From NCBI GenBank assembly GCA_964514975.1, contig CAZESS010000025.1, positions 1-25,000 of the forward strand: a DNA stretch of 25,000 bases, read 5' to 3'. The notes under the pieces are model-generated. The model ran no database searches, was not told where the DNA came from, and saw only the letters and a list, made by a program, of their open reading frames with translations. Positions 8,507-18,219 of the stretch are shown one piece after another. Origin of the DNA: an uncultured Thermoplasmatales archaeon (lineage in GTDB: Archaea; Thermoplasmatota; E2; UBA202; DSCA01). Both the position numbers and the translations under genes were made by a program. Numbering within the stretch: the first letter of the stretch is position 1; every line of letters begins with the position of its first letter.

Positions 8507-10762
8507 ATGAATAAGACAAAACTTGATTTGACCGACAATGCGAGGACTGTTTTAGAGAAGCGCTACCTGCAGAAAAACGCCGATGGCGAGGTTATTGAAA
8601 CGGAGGAGGAAATGTTCCGTCGGGTGGCCCGTGACATCGCCGCTGCCGATGAGCAGTATGGCGACGATGTCGAGGCGACCACTGACGCGTTTTATGACCT
8701 GATGGCACGTCTTGATTTTCTGCCGAACTCGCCGACGCTGATGAACGCGGGGACCGAGATACAGCAGCTGTCGGCCTGCTTCGTGCTGCCCGTCGAGGAC
8801 TCGATGGAGGGTATCTTCAATGCCATCAAGAACACCGCCCTTATCCACCAGTCGGGCGGCGGCACCGGGTTTTCGTTTTCGCGTATCCGCCCCGCCGGTG
8901 ACATCGTGCATTCGACGGGCGGCGTCGCCTCGGGCCCGATTTCGTTTATGAAGGTCTTCAACGCCTCGACCGACGTCATCAAGCAGGGCGGCCGTCGTCG
9001 GGGGGCCAACATGGGCATCCTCCGCGTCGACCATCCCGACATCATGGAGTTCATCACGGCCAAGCAGGACCAGCAGGAGCTCACCAATTTCAACATCTCG
9101 GTGGCAGCCACGGGCCGGTTCATGGACGCGGTGGAAGCGAGGGAGCGATATCCATTGGTGAACCCCCGGACCGGGGAGACCGAGGGAGAGCTCGACGCGG
9201 AGCGGGTGTTCGACAAGATCGTCGAGATGAGCTGGGAGAACGGGGAACCGGGTATCATCTTCCTTGACAGGATAAACGAGGGCAATCCGACGCCGCATGT
9301 CGGCGAGATAGAGTCGACGAATCCCTGCGGCGAGCAGCCATTGCTTCCCTACGAGAGCTGCAACCTGGGCTCCATCAACCTCGCACACATGGTCACAGAT
9401 GGCGACATCGACTACGACCGGCTTGGAGAGGTCGTGGACACGGCGGTGCATTTCCTCGACAACGTGGTCGACCGGAACCAGTATCCCCTGGAGGAGATCA
9501 GGGAGCAGACGCTGGCCAACCGCAAGGTCGGGCTCGGGGTGATGGGATTCGCCGACATGCTCATCCAGCTCGGCGTCCCCTACAACAGCGACGAGGCGCT
9601 CGACCTCGCCCGCGAGATCATGTCGTATGTGCAGGAACGGGCGCGGGAAAAATCGGTGGAGCTTGGCAGGAAACGGGGCTCGTTCCCCAACTTCGAGGGC
9701 AGCATCTACGACGGCGACCATGAGGCGATGCGCAACGCCACGGTGACCACTATCGCGCCGACGGGCAGCATCTCCATCATCGCGGGCTGCTCCTCGGGCA
9801 TCGAACCCCTGTTCGCGGTCTCGTTCGTCAGGAACATCCTCGACGAGGAGGACCGGCTCGTCGAGGTCAACCCGTATTTCAAAACGGTGGCCGGGGAGCG
9901 CGGGTTTTACAGCCAGGATGTCATGGAAAAAATCGCGGAGAACCGGGGCTCGGTGCAGGGCGTCGAGGAGGTACCCGGGGACGTGCAGCGGCTGTTTGCG
10001 ACGGCGCTCGACATCACCCCCAAGGAACACATCCGGATGCAGGCCGCCTTCCAGGAATACACGGACAACGCCACCTCGAAGACCGTCAACTTCCGGGAGG
10101 AAGCGTCGCAGGAGGACGTCAGAGAGGTCTACCAGCTGGCCTACGACCTGGGCTGCAAGGGCGTCACCGTCTACCGATATGGCAGCCGGGAGGGACAGGT
10201 GCTCTCGACCGGGGAGGAAAAAAAGGAGGACAAAAAAGACGAGCAGCGGCCCCGGCCCCGACCTGTCGCCGTGCGGGGCGTCACCCGGAAAATCGGCACC
10301 GGCTGCGGCAACCTGTATGTGACGATGAACGAGGACAGCTCCGGCCTGTTCGAGGTGTTCGCCCGGCTGGGCAAGGCCGGCGGATGCGCCGACGCGCAGC
10401 TCGAAGCCATCGGCCGCCTGGTGTCCATCGCCCTGCGCTCGGGCGTCGAACTCAAGTCGATCATCCGCCAGCTCAAGGGCATCCGCTGCCCGTCACCGTT
10501 GCTCGCCCGCGGCGGCCCCATGCTCTCCTGCCCGGACGCCGTCGCCAAGGCGCTGGAGGCCTACATGAAGGGAGAGATGCCGCCTGAGACGGCGAAGCTG
10601 GACATGTTCCAGGAGCACGAGCGCATGGAGCATGAAACGGAGGAGGGCTCTGTGCAGGCACCCATCGGCCCGGTCGGTGTCTGCCCGGACTGCGGCAACC
10701 CCATGGTCTTCGAGGAGGGCTGCAAGGTCTGCAAAAACTGCGGCTACTCGACCTGCGGCTAG
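8507..10762 (+). CDS. nrdJ: Class II (adenosylcobalamin-dependent) ribonucleotide reductase with C-terminal TSCPD and Zn-ribbon domains
   Basis: VLEKRYL, FLPNSPTLMNAG, LSACFV, GGGTGF, QGGRRRGANMG, TNPCGEQPL, CNLGSINL, TIAPTGSIS, KGVTVYR; tail LSCPDA and CPDCG...EGCKVCKNCGYSTC. No N-terminal ATP cone and no intein seen. Confidence 0.95.
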   Translation: MNKTKLDLTDNARTVLEKRYLQKNADGEVIETEEEMFRRVARDIAAADEQYGDDVEATTDAFYDLMARLDFLPNSPTLMNAGTEIQQLSACFVLPVEDSMEGIFNAIKNTALIHQSGGGTGFSFSRIRPAGDIVHSTGGVASGPISFMKVFNASTDVIKQGGRRRGANMGILRVDHPDIMEFITAKQDQQELTNFNISVAATGRFMDAVEARERYPLVNPRTGETEGELDAERVFDKIVEMSWENGEPGIIFLDRINEGNPTPHVGEIESTNPCGEQPLLPYESCNLGSINLAHMVTDGDIDYDRLGEVVDTAVHFLDNVVDRNQYPLEEIREQTLANRKVGLGVMGFADMLIQLGVPYNSDEALDLAREIMSYVQERAREKSVELGRKRGSFPNFEGSIYDGDHEAMRNATVTTIAPTGSISIIAGCSSGIEPLFAVSFVRNILDEEDRLVEVNPYFKTVAGERGFYSQDVMEKIAENRGSVQGVEEVPGDVQRLFATALDITPKEHIRMQAAFQEYTDNATSKTVNFREEASQEDVREVYQLAYDLGCKGVTVYRYGSREGQVLSTGEEKKEDKKDEQRPRPRPVAVRGVTRKIGTGCGNLYVTMNEDSSGLFEVFARLGKAGGCADAQLEAIGRLVSIALRSGVELKSIIRQLKGIRCPSPLLARGGPMLSCPDAVAKALEAYMKGEMPPETAKLDMFQEHERMEHETEEGSVQAPIGPVGVCPDCGNPMVFEEGCKVCKNCGYSTCG

Positions 10763-11220
10763 ATAACCCCGGCGGAGATGTCCTCGATTTCGCGCTCGCA
10801 GTAGAAACATTTGATACGGAGCGGGTCCCGCGATTTGACGATAAACCGGGGCTGAATCGGCTCGTTGCTCGCGTTGGAGATACAGCTCGGGTTGGCGCAT
10901 TCAACGATGCCGACGATGTCGTCGGGGACCGACACGCGGTGCTTGTCCCGTACCTCGTAGTCACGGATGATGTTGATGGTGGCATTGGGCGCGATGAGCG
11001 CTATCTTGTCGACCTCGTGGGCCTTGAGCTCACGGTTCTCGATTTTTACGATGTCCTTTTTTCCCTGGCCGCCCTCGACGTTCATGACCACGCTGATGAT
11101 GGAGCCGCCGTGCGTGTCGCCCGGGATGCGGAGAATTTTGAGAACCTTGAGCGCGCAGCCGGGCGTGATGTGGTCGATGACGGTGCCGTTTGTGATGGGC
11201 TGGACTTTGAGCTCCTTCAT
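10759..11220 (-). CDS. pyrI: Aspartate carbamoyltransferase regulatory chain
   Basis: From MKELKVQPITNGTVIDHI (ATG 11220, ATGA overlap with pyrB); KDIVKIE, IAPNATINII, CANPSCISN...CFYCE zinc site. Confidence 0.95.
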   Translation of the reverse strand: MKELKVQPITNGTVIDHITPGCALKVLKILRIPGDTHGGSIISVVMNVEGGQGKKDIVKIENRELKAHEVDKIALIAPNATINIIRDYEVRDKHRVSVPDDIVGIVECANPSCISNASNEPIQPRFIVKSRDPLRIKCFYCEREIEDISAGVI

Positions 11221-12146
11221 TCGACCACCCCCGCAACGAGCGAGATGAGCGCCATCCTGACCGGGACACCGTTGAACGCCTGCCTGAAGTAGGCAGCGGC
11301 GGGTGTTTCGTCGACATCCGGGGAGATCTCGTAGACCCGGGGGAGCGGATGCATCACGATGGCGTCGCTTTGAGCTCTCTCCAGCAAATCGGTGTCGATG
11401 GTGTAGATACCCGCCACTTTTTTGTATTCCTCGGGGTCGGGGAAGCGCTCCTTCTGGATACGGGTCACATACATGACGTCGACGTCCTCGATGGCGCCGT
11501 TGAGCTCCGTCTCGAACGAGATGCTGGCGCCGAGCTCCTCGCATTCCTCGACCACCTCACGGGACATCTGGAGCTGCTCCGGCGCGATAAAGGTCAGGTC
11601 GGCCTTGAACAATGCCAGTGCATAGGCCAGCGAGTGCACCGTCCGCCCGTATTTGAGATCGCCGATGAGCGCAACCCTGTTGTCGCCGATGTCCCCGCGC
11701 TCTTTCTGGATGGTGAAAAGGTCGAGGAGACACTGTGTGGGATGACGGCCGGCGCCGTCGCCGCCGTTGATGACCGGCACCTCGGCGAACTCGGCGGCCA
11801 TCCGCGCGGAGCCCTCCTGGGGATGCCGCATGACGATGAGGTCGCAGTAGCTTTCAACGGTGCGGATGGTATCCGCCAGCGTTTCCCCTTTTTGCAGCGA
11901 GGTGCCACCCGGCCGTGCGAAGCCGATGACCCGGCCATCCAGCCGTTCCATCGCCGCCGCAAACGACAGCCGCGTCCGCGTCGACGGCTCGAAGAACAGC
12001 GACGCCATGATTTTTCCCGTCATCAGGGTGCTCGTCTCACTGCCCCGGGCCGCCGGCACCATGTCCTCTGCGACGGACAAAATGTGCAGGATTTCCTCCC
12101 GTGTCAAATCCTTGATGGAAACGATGTCTCGACCCGTGAAATGCAT
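11217..12146 (-). CDS. pyrB: Aspartate carbamoyltransferase catalytic chain
   Basis: FFEPSTRTRLSF, KGETLADT, HPTQ, GDLKYGRTVHSL, TRIQKERF, MHPLPR. Start placed at MHFTGRD (12146); ATG 12170 is an alternative. Confidence 0.96.
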   Translation of the reverse strand: MHFTGRDIVSIKDLTREEILHILSVAEDMVPAARGSETSTLMTGKIMASLFFEPSTRTRLSFAAAMERLDGRVIGFARPGGTSLQKGETLADTIRTVESYCDLIVMRHPQEGSARMAAEFAEVPVINGGDGAGRHPTQCLLDLFTIQKERGDIGDNRVALIGDLKYGRTVHSLAYALALFKADLTFIAPEQLQMSREVVEECEELGASISFETELNGAIEDVDVMYVTRIQKERFPDPEEYKKVAGIYTIDTDLLERAQSDAIVMHPLPRVYEISPDVDETPAAAYFRQAFNGVPVRMALISLVAGVVE

Positions 12147-12188
12147 TACAGGTATAATGCCAGACGGCATAAATAAACATTGGTGCAG

Positions 12189-13397
12189 CTACCGCATCCC
12201 GGCGAGGTTTTCCAGCAGCGTCGCCCGTTTACGGGCTGCATTGCGCATAAGCTCGTTGGCGATGGACACGAGCAGCTCGAGATATGCATCGCTGCACAGC
12301 AGCTCGCCGTCCTGCCCCAGTGGAACATCCATTTCTTCGGTGCTGCCGATTTCGACCATCACCGGCTCGCCGATCGACCGTATCGACGACTGCTTGAACC
12401 CGCTTTGCTTCGCCATTGACACGAGCTCCTGCGCCCGCTCGAGCAGGGCGGCGGCAACATGAAAAATCGGCGGCTGCGCGAGCAGCCACAGCTCTCCCTC
12501 AGATGCCTTGCCGAGCGCCATTCGGATGGTCTCCAGGGACACCTCACCGTCCCAGGCACCCAAAAAACGAGCGCCGTGCTTGTCACCGACACCGGGCACC
12601 TCCATGATGACGATGCGGCCCGAGCAGCTGCTCGTGGTATAAAAATCCTCAAGGGCGTTGAGCCGCTCGATGATGGGCACCGCCGGCTGATCGACCTCGC
12701 CATTCTCGAGCGCCTCCTGCAGCCGGGTCATGGCCTGCCCCTTCGCCTCCAGGAACCGCCGGCTCGTGATTTTTTTCGCTTCGCCGCCCAGCGACGTGAT
12801 AAGGTCAGCGAGCTCACCCCGACGGATAGCGATGGTGCCAGCGACCGCGACGATCACGCCGGCGGCGGTGTCATAGACGAGGTCCATCATGGTGTCATCC
12901 AGGCTTTCCTGCGCCTTGGGCGCCCCCACCACCAGCATGTCGCTCACATATTCCCATATCTCCCAGACGACGCCGAGCGCGATGGCAAAGATAGCGATGA
13001 AAAACCCGACCATGAACAGGTCCATCCGGAGGCCATCCCAGTAGACGTCGATGACGTAGACCACGATGAGCGCCAGAAACGCGATGACCGCCACAGAGAT
13101 GAAATGCGCCATCTTGTCGTAAAAGGGAACCGCATCATACAGCCCGAGGACGCCGCCCCATACGTGCAGCGCCAGCGGGATGACGATGAGCAGCTCGAGC
13201 AGCCAGGGCAGCGAAATGTTGAGATTACGCCGGATGAGCACCGGGGACAGCGAGAGAAACAGGGCGAAAAAGCTGGCGAACGCCCAGACGACATCCTGAT
13301 GCCCGACGAGCGCCCATATACCGAGAACCGCGATGAACACCTTGAGGATGGTGGACAGAACGGTGCCGATACGCTGCCGTGTGTTCACAGCACGCAA
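12189..13397 (-). CDS. taw3: Fusion of a DUF2238/YjdF-like integral membrane domain and a tRNA wyosine methyltransferase Taw3/TYW3 domain
   Basis: N-half has about 6 TM segments with H-x-x-G...YDKMAHF...WEIWE...DTMMDL. C-half has GEVD...IERLN...YTTSSCSGRI, QPPIFHV, SGFKQSSI. Single continuous ORF; start TTG 13397 or GTG 13388. Confidence 0.8.
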   Translation of the reverse strand: MRAVNTRQRIGTVLSTILKVFIAVLGIWALVGHQDVVWAFASFFALFLSLSPVLIRRNLNISLPWLLELLIVIPLALHVWGGVLGLYDAVPFYDKMAHFISVAVIAFLALIVVYVIDVYWDGLRMDLFMVGFFIAIFAIALGVVWEIWEYVSDMLVVGAPKAQESLDDTMMDLVYDTAAGVIVAVAGTIAIRRGELADLITSLGGEAKKITSRRFLEAKGQAMTRLQEALENGEVDQPAVPIIERLNALEDFYTTSSCSGRIVIMEVPGVGDKHGARFLGAWDGEVSLETIRMALGKASEGELWLLAQPPIFHVAAALLERAQELVSMAKQSGFKQSSIRSIGEPVMVEIGSTEEMDVPLGQDGELLCSDAYLELLVSIANELMRNAARKRATLLENLAGMR

Positions 13398-13469
13398 GCC
13401 ATACCGGGTATTAAATATTTAAGATAAAAATGAATGGGAAAAGACAGACAGCCAATCCTGCTCTCTTTT

Positions 13470-13745
13470 TTACTTGGTGAGCACGATTTCCATAGAGGAA
13501 ACGTTGCGTGTACCGCCTTCTTCGGATTCGATTTCTTCGGTGTCGATCGAAATGTTTTCGACGGTTACGTCCTCCATGAAACGGTTCCGGGTTATCTCCG
13601 CTGCATCTACGGCCCTGGAGATGGCTCGACCACGAGCCTTCAGGGTCACGCGTTCTGCTCCCTGTTCGAACTCCGTTATCACGGCTATCACATAGCTCAT
13701 TGGCGCTTTGTTGCCGACGTATACGATGTTTTCTTCTTCGTCCAA
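13470..13745 (-). CDS. albA: DNA/RNA-binding chromatin protein Alba
   Basis: [37 protein letters not shown]; TTG start with purine-rich GGGGAAGTGGTGA upstream. Confidence 0.95.
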   Translation of the reverse strand: MDEEENIVYVGNKAPMSYVIAVITEFEQGAERVTLKARGRAISRAVDAAEITRNRFMEDVTVENISIDTEEIESEEGGTRNVSSMEIVLTK

Positions 13746-13797
13746 TGTATCACCACTTCCCCCTATTGCCCGTGTTTATTTAAAATTTTTTATAGCG

Positions 13798-14079
13798 CTA
13801 CTCGTACAGCCCGTCCCTGTAGCGGCGGTAGAGGCGCTTGATGCCCTTGTCGTAGCTGCGCCATTGTTTCTCCCATTCCGGGTCATGCGCCCGGAGCTTC
13901 TGGATCACCCGCTGCCGTATCTCGCTGGTCTCGATTTTGTCTCTGTCGATCTGTTCGATGTCACGGGCGATGTTCCGCGCCGTCTCCGGATCGGCACCGC
14001 TTTTCACCGCGGCAGCCACGATTTTCTCCGGGACGAACGGCTCCTCGTCGCCTTCGCGCTTGACGACCTTTTTGGGCAT
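13798..14079 (-). CDS. Stand-alone ATP-cone domain protein
   Basis: VVKREGDEEPFVPEKI...IETSEIRQRVIQKL matches the ATP-cone pattern V-x-KRDG-x-x-E-x-F-x-x-x-KI...I-x-T-x-EI; 93 aa; no Zn ribbon. Confidence 0.85.
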   Translation of the reverse strand: MPKKVVKREGDEEPFVPEKIVAAAVKSGADPETARNIARDIEQIDRDKIETSEIRQRVIQKLRAHDPEWEKQWRSYDKGIKRLYRRYRDGLYE

Positions 14080-14125
14080 ACAGCTACATGCACAAACGAC
14101 TTAAATCAGTTTCCGCTATCCGGCT

Positions 14126-15442
14126 ATGAAGGTAGCATTGACCGCGGGCGGCTCGGATTCGGGCGGCGGCGCCGGCATCCAGGCCGACCTCAAAGCGTTT
14201 CACACCGCCGGGGTCCATGGCGCCGCGGCTATCACGGCGATAACCGCGCAAAACACTCAAGGGGTCGCCGATATCCATCCGCTCCCGCCGGAGATACTCG
14301 CGGCGCAGCTCGACACCGTGCTCGGGGACATGGACATCGGTGCGGCCAAGACCGGCATGCTCTACAGCCCCGAAATCGCGTCCCTCATTGCGGAAAAGCT
14401 CTCCGGGATTCCGCTGGTGGTCGACCCGGTGCTCGTGTCCACCACCCGGCACGCGCTCGCCGAAACCGAGCTGACATCGGTGCTCCGGGACCGGCTGCTG
14501 CCGGTCTGCACGCTGGCGACGCCCAACATCAGCGAAGCGGAGCAGCTCACCGGCCATTCGATACATGGCATGGAGGACATAAGAGAGGCCTGCCGGATGC
14601 TGCACGACATGGGCGCCACATCGGTCGTCGTCACCGGCGGGCATCTCGACGAGCCAGCCGACATGTTTTATGACGGCGACGGCTTTGCGACGCTCACCCT
14701 GCCCCGGCTGGAGCGCAAAGCGCACGGCTCCGGCTGCACGTTTTCCGCCTACGCCGCCGCGTTTCTCGCCCGGGGCGCCACGCCACGGGAGGCGGTCATG
14801 CAGGCGAAGCGCTACACCTGGACGGCGGTCGCCGCAGCTATCACTCCCGGGCAAGGCGTCGACGTAATCTGGCAGCGTCCAGCCCCGCTGCCCATCCTGA
14901 ACCATGACCGGACGGAGATATGGCATGGGCTCCAGCGGGCGGTGGACGACCTCCTCGGTTTTTTGCCCCGGCGGCTGATGCCCGAGGTCGGCGTCAACAT
15001 CGCCTTTGCATCGCCCGATGCCACGACACGCGAGGGCGTTTGCGCCGTTATGGGCCGCATCGCCTACACGGACAGGCCGGTGCAGGTCGGCGAATGCCGT
15101 TTTGGTGCATCGAGGCACATCGCCGGCATCGTGCTCGCCGCCATGCAGCATGATGCATCGATGCGATGCGCAATGAACATCGCCTATTCAGAGCGAGCGG
15201 TGGCAGCCTCCCAAAACGCCGGCCTTGCCACGGGGAGCTTCGACCGGTCCGATGAGCCCCCGGGGCATTCGACGATGGAATGGGGCACCGGCCACGTATC
15301 CGAGCAGCTCGGCAGGATACCCGACGCTATCTGGGATGAGGGTGGCGTGGGCAAAGAAGCGATGATACGCATCATCGGAGAGACGCCCCGGGAGGTCGTC
15401 GACAAGGCACGGCGTATCGCTGCGGCGCTGGAAAAGGATTAA
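14126..15442 (+). CDS. thiDN: Bifunctional HMP/HMP-P kinase and thiamine-phosphate synthase (ThiD-ThiN fusion)
   Basis: GGSDSGGGAGIQADLK, TAQNTQGV, KTGML, VVDPV, TPNISEAE, HGSGCTFS; ThiN part MPEVGVNI, FGASRHIA, FDRSDEP, TMEWG, GGVGKEAMI. Confidence 0.93.
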   Translation: MKVALTAGGSDSGGGAGIQADLKAFHTAGVHGAAAITAITAQNTQGVADIHPLPPEILAAQLDTVLGDMDIGAAKTGMLYSPEIASLIAEKLSGIPLVVDPVLVSTTRHALAETELTSVLRDRLLPVCTLATPNISEAEQLTGHSIHGMEDIREACRMLHDMGATSVVVTGGHLDEPADMFYDGDGFATLTLPRLERKAHGSGCTFSAYAAAFLARGATPREAVMQAKRYTWTAVAAAITPGQGVDVIWQRPAPLPILNHDRTEIWHGLQRAVDDLLGFLPRRLMPEVGVNIAFASPDATTREGVCAVMGRIAYTDRPVQVGECRFGASRHIAGIVLAAMQHDASMRCAMNIAYSERAVAASQNAGLATGSFDRSDEPPGHSTMEWGTGHVSEQLGRIPDAIWDEGGVGKEAMIRIIGETPREVVDKARRIAAALEKD

Positions 15443-15466
15443 ATAGAACGGCTGTCTCACCGACAC

Positions 15467-17725
15467 ATGCGGGCCGTCATCCATGTCAGCGGCGTCGTCC
15501 AGGGGGTCGGGTTCCGCCCGTTCATCTACCGCCTTGCGACAGCACGCGGGCTGAACGGCTACGTGCTCAATAAAGGCGATGCTGGCGTCGAAATCGTCGT
15601 GGAAGGGGAGCACGACGACATCGACGACTTCCTGGAGGTCATGCACCGGGAGGCACCTCCCCTTGCATCTATTGAAACCAGCGACGTCACACGGGAGACC
15701 GGCAAGCGGCATGACGGCTTCGAAATACGCCGGAGCAGCCAGCAGCGCAGCGGCGGTACCTCCATCGTTCCGCCCGACGTGAGCATCTGCGACGACTGCA
15801 TCCAGGAGATGCAGAACCCCGGTGACAGGCGCCACCGGTATTTTTTTACCACCTGCACCAACTGCGGACCCCGCTACACCACGATAACCGGGCTTCCCTA
15901 TGACCGGCCGCAGACCACCATGGACGCGTTCCCGATGTGCGAAAACTGCCGCAAAGAGTACACCGACCCCGGCGACCGGCGCTACCATGCGCAGACCATC
16001 GCCTGCCCCGACTGCGGGCCACAGGTGTCGCTGCTGACCGGGGATGGCACAGCAATGGAGACAGGAGCGGAGGCGATACGGCGCGCCGGGATGCTGCTCA
16101 GGGAGGGAGCCATCATCGCGGTCAAGGGAAATGGCGGGTTTCATCTCGCCTGTAGCGCCGCGATGCCATCGGCAATCGAGCGGCTCCGCGAGGGGCTCGG
16201 CCGCCCCCGGAAGCCTTTTGCGCTCATGGCCGCCGACCTGGACATGGCCCGGGATGTCGCCCATGTCGACGAGCGGGAGCAGGAGCTGCTTGCATCGGCG
16301 GTCAGGCCCATCATGCTGCTGCGCAAGCGGCAGGAACTCCCGGAGGTGTCACCTGGATTGCATACGGTCGGCGTTATGCTTCCCTACACCGGCCTCCATG
16401 TCATGCTGTTCGAGAGCTGCAGCGAGCCGCTGGTGATGACCTCGGCGAACATGCCCGGTGAACCCATCCTGTACCGGAACATGGATGCGCTCGACCGGCT
16501 GGACGGCATCGCCGATTTTTTTGTAACCTACGACCGGGAGATAGCGCATCGCTGCGATGACTCCGTCGTCCGGGTGGTGAACGGCAGCGCGGCGCTCATC
16601 CGGCGCTCCCGGGGATATGTGCCGACGGCCGTTTCCGCTGCCGCGACGTCGCATGACGTGCTGGCGCTGGGCCCGGAGCTCGACGTGACCTCCTGCGTGC
16701 TCTCCGGCGGCAGGGCATTTCTGTCGCCCTACATCGGCAATGTCTCCCGGCCTGCGGCACAGGATTTTCTGGAACGGGAGACGGAGCATCTGCTGGGGCT
16801 CACCGGCGCCACGCCGGAGGCGGTGGCACACGACCTGCACCCCGGGTTTGCGACCACCACAATGGCGGAGCGCTACGCCGATGAACACGACGTGCCCGCC
16901 GTTGCGGTGCAGCATCATCATGCCCATGTGGCGAAGGTGATGGCCGAGAACGACGTCGACGAGGCAATCGGCATCGCCGTCGACGGCATCGGCTACGGCT
17001 CCGACGGCTCTATGTGGGGAGGCGAGGTGCTGCATTGCCGGCTCGACGGCTCTGCGCGGGTCGGCCATCTCGAGATGCAGCCCATGGTTGGCGGTGACCT
17101 TGCCACCCGTTACCCGCTCCGGATGCTCGCCGGCATCCTCCACGGCGGCGACGGCTTCGAGAGCTTTCTGCGGGAGCGCGCCGAGATGTTCCCCCACGGT
17201 ATGCAGGAGATAGAGGTGGTGCTCCGGCAGGCCGCCAACGAGCGAGGCGTGCTGACGAGCAGCTGCGGCCGGGTGCTCGACGCGACGGCGGCGCTCCTCG
17301 ACGTCTGCCACCATCGCCACTATGAGGGCGAGCCGGCGATGCTGCTGGAGAGCCACGCCAGGCAGGGCACCGCTCTCGACATAGCGCCGGAGATATCCTG
17401 GGATGCACCCGCCGTACTGCATACGTCGCCGTTGTTCCGGTGGCTGTGGGAGCATCGCGACGAGGACAGTCATGACCTGGCCAGCACGGCCGAGGCATAT
17501 CTCGCCGGGGGGCTCGCCGACATCGCCGTATCGTATGCACACCAGGAACATGTCGACGTGGTGGCGCTGGCCGGGGGATGCGCCTACAACGAGCATCTTT
17601 CCCGTGTCATCTCTGCATCGCTTGAACGGGCGGGGCTCCGCTGCATCCGCAACCGCCTGGTGCCGGCGGGCGACGGCGGCATCTCCTACGGGCAGGCCGT
17701 GGTCGCCGATGCACGGCTCGGCTGA
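15467..17725 (+). CDS. hypF: [NiFe]-hydrogenase maturation carbamoyltransferase HypF
   Basis: GVVQGVGFRPF acylphosphatase domain; two Zn fingers (CDDC..CTNCGPR, CENC..CPDCGP); KGNGGFHL, VMTSAN, QHHHAH, DGIGYG, SSCGRVLD, GDGGISYGQ. Confidence 0.96.
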   Translation: MRAVIHVSGVVQGVGFRPFIYRLATARGLNGYVLNKGDAGVEIVVEGEHDDIDDFLEVMHREAPPLASIETSDVTRETGKRHDGFEIRRSSQQRSGGTSIVPPDVSICDDCIQEMQNPGDRRHRYFFTTCTNCGPRYTTITGLPYDRPQTTMDAFPMCENCRKEYTDPGDRRYHAQTIACPDCGPQVSLLTGDGTAMETGAEAIRRAGMLLREGAIIAVKGNGGFHLACSAAMPSAIERLREGLGRPRKPFALMAADLDMARDVAHVDEREQELLASAVRPIMLLRKRQELPEVSPGLHTVGVMLPYTGLHVMLFESCSEPLVMTSANMPGEPILYRNMDALDRLDGIADFFVTYDREIAHRCDDSVVRVVNGSAALIRRSRGYVPTAVSAAATSHDVLALGPELDVTSCVLSGGRAFLSPYIGNVSRPAAQDFLERETEHLLGLTGATPEAVAHDLHPGFATTTMAERYADEHDVPAVAVQHHHAHVAKVMAENDVDEAIGIAVDGIGYGSDGSMWGGEVLHCRLDGSARVGHLEMQPMVGGDLATRYPLRMLAGILHGGDGFESFLRERAEMFPHGMQEIEVVLRQAANERGVLTSSCGRVLDATAALLDVCHHRHYEGEPAMLLESHARQGTALDIAPEISWDAPAVLHTSPLFRWLWEHRDEDSHDLASTAEAYLAGGLADIAVSYAHQEHVDVVALAGGCAYNEHLSRVISASLERAGLRCIRNRLVPAGDGGISYGQAVVADARLG

Positions 17726-17763
17726 AAAGAAAATTTTTTACCGCCAACCGGGATATAGATGAT

Positions 17764-18219
17764 GTGAAAATAGACAGCATCAACAAAAAAATCCTGCATC
17801 TGCTGCAGCGGGACGCGCGGATGACCTACAAGGAAATCGCGCAGGAGCTCCAGCGCTCTGAGACCACCATCCGTGACCGCATCAAGGCGATGGAGGATGC
17901 CGGTATCATCCAGGGCTACACGGCATTGATAGACAAGACGGTGCTCGGTCTGACCTTTTTCGCTATGATTCTGGCCAACCCTGCCTCGTTTTCGGCTATC
18001 GACGAGATTACCGAGAAACTCAAGCGGGTGACCAACGTGCTCCGCGTCTACCAGATTTCGGGTGAGCACAAGCTGGCGTTTTTTATCGTGGCTCCTTCCT
18101 ACCAGGATTTGAAGCGGACGCTGCAGCACCGGATCATCCCGCTGGGGATACAGGACGAGGAAATCATCACGGTGCTCGAGGCAGACCGGGAGTTCCTGTC
18201 GCCCCTTGACCTTCCATAA
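17764..18219 (+). CDS. Lrp/AsnC family transcriptional regulator
   Basis: IDSINKKILHLLQRDARMTYKEIAQEL..SETTIRDRIKAMEDAGIIQGY HTH plus a RAM-like C-terminus (VYQISGE); GTG start. Confidence 0.92.
   Translation: MKIDSINKKILHLLQRDARMTYKEIAQELQRSETTIRDRIKAMEDAGIIQGYTALIDKTVLGLTFFAMILANPASFSAIDEITEKLKRVTNVLRVYQISGEHKLAFFIVAPSYQDLKRTLQHRIIPLGIQDEEIITVLEADREFLSPLDLP

Noticed and set aside
8507-10762. Intein or intron in the RNR
   Set aside because: Conserved motifs follow at normal spacing and the length is typical.
10759-10762. 4-nt convergent stop overlaps (nrdJ/pyrI; also citF/aspS at 20333-20336)
   Set aside because: Common in compact prokaryotic genomes; no sign of a special function.
11221-11544. 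N-terminal extension of pyrI in the ORF track (261 aa)
   Set aside because: Overlaps pyrB in another frame; PyrI similarity starts at MKELKV (11220).
15467-17725. hypF with no hydrogenase genes nearby
   Set aside because: Scattered hyp genes are usual in archaea.
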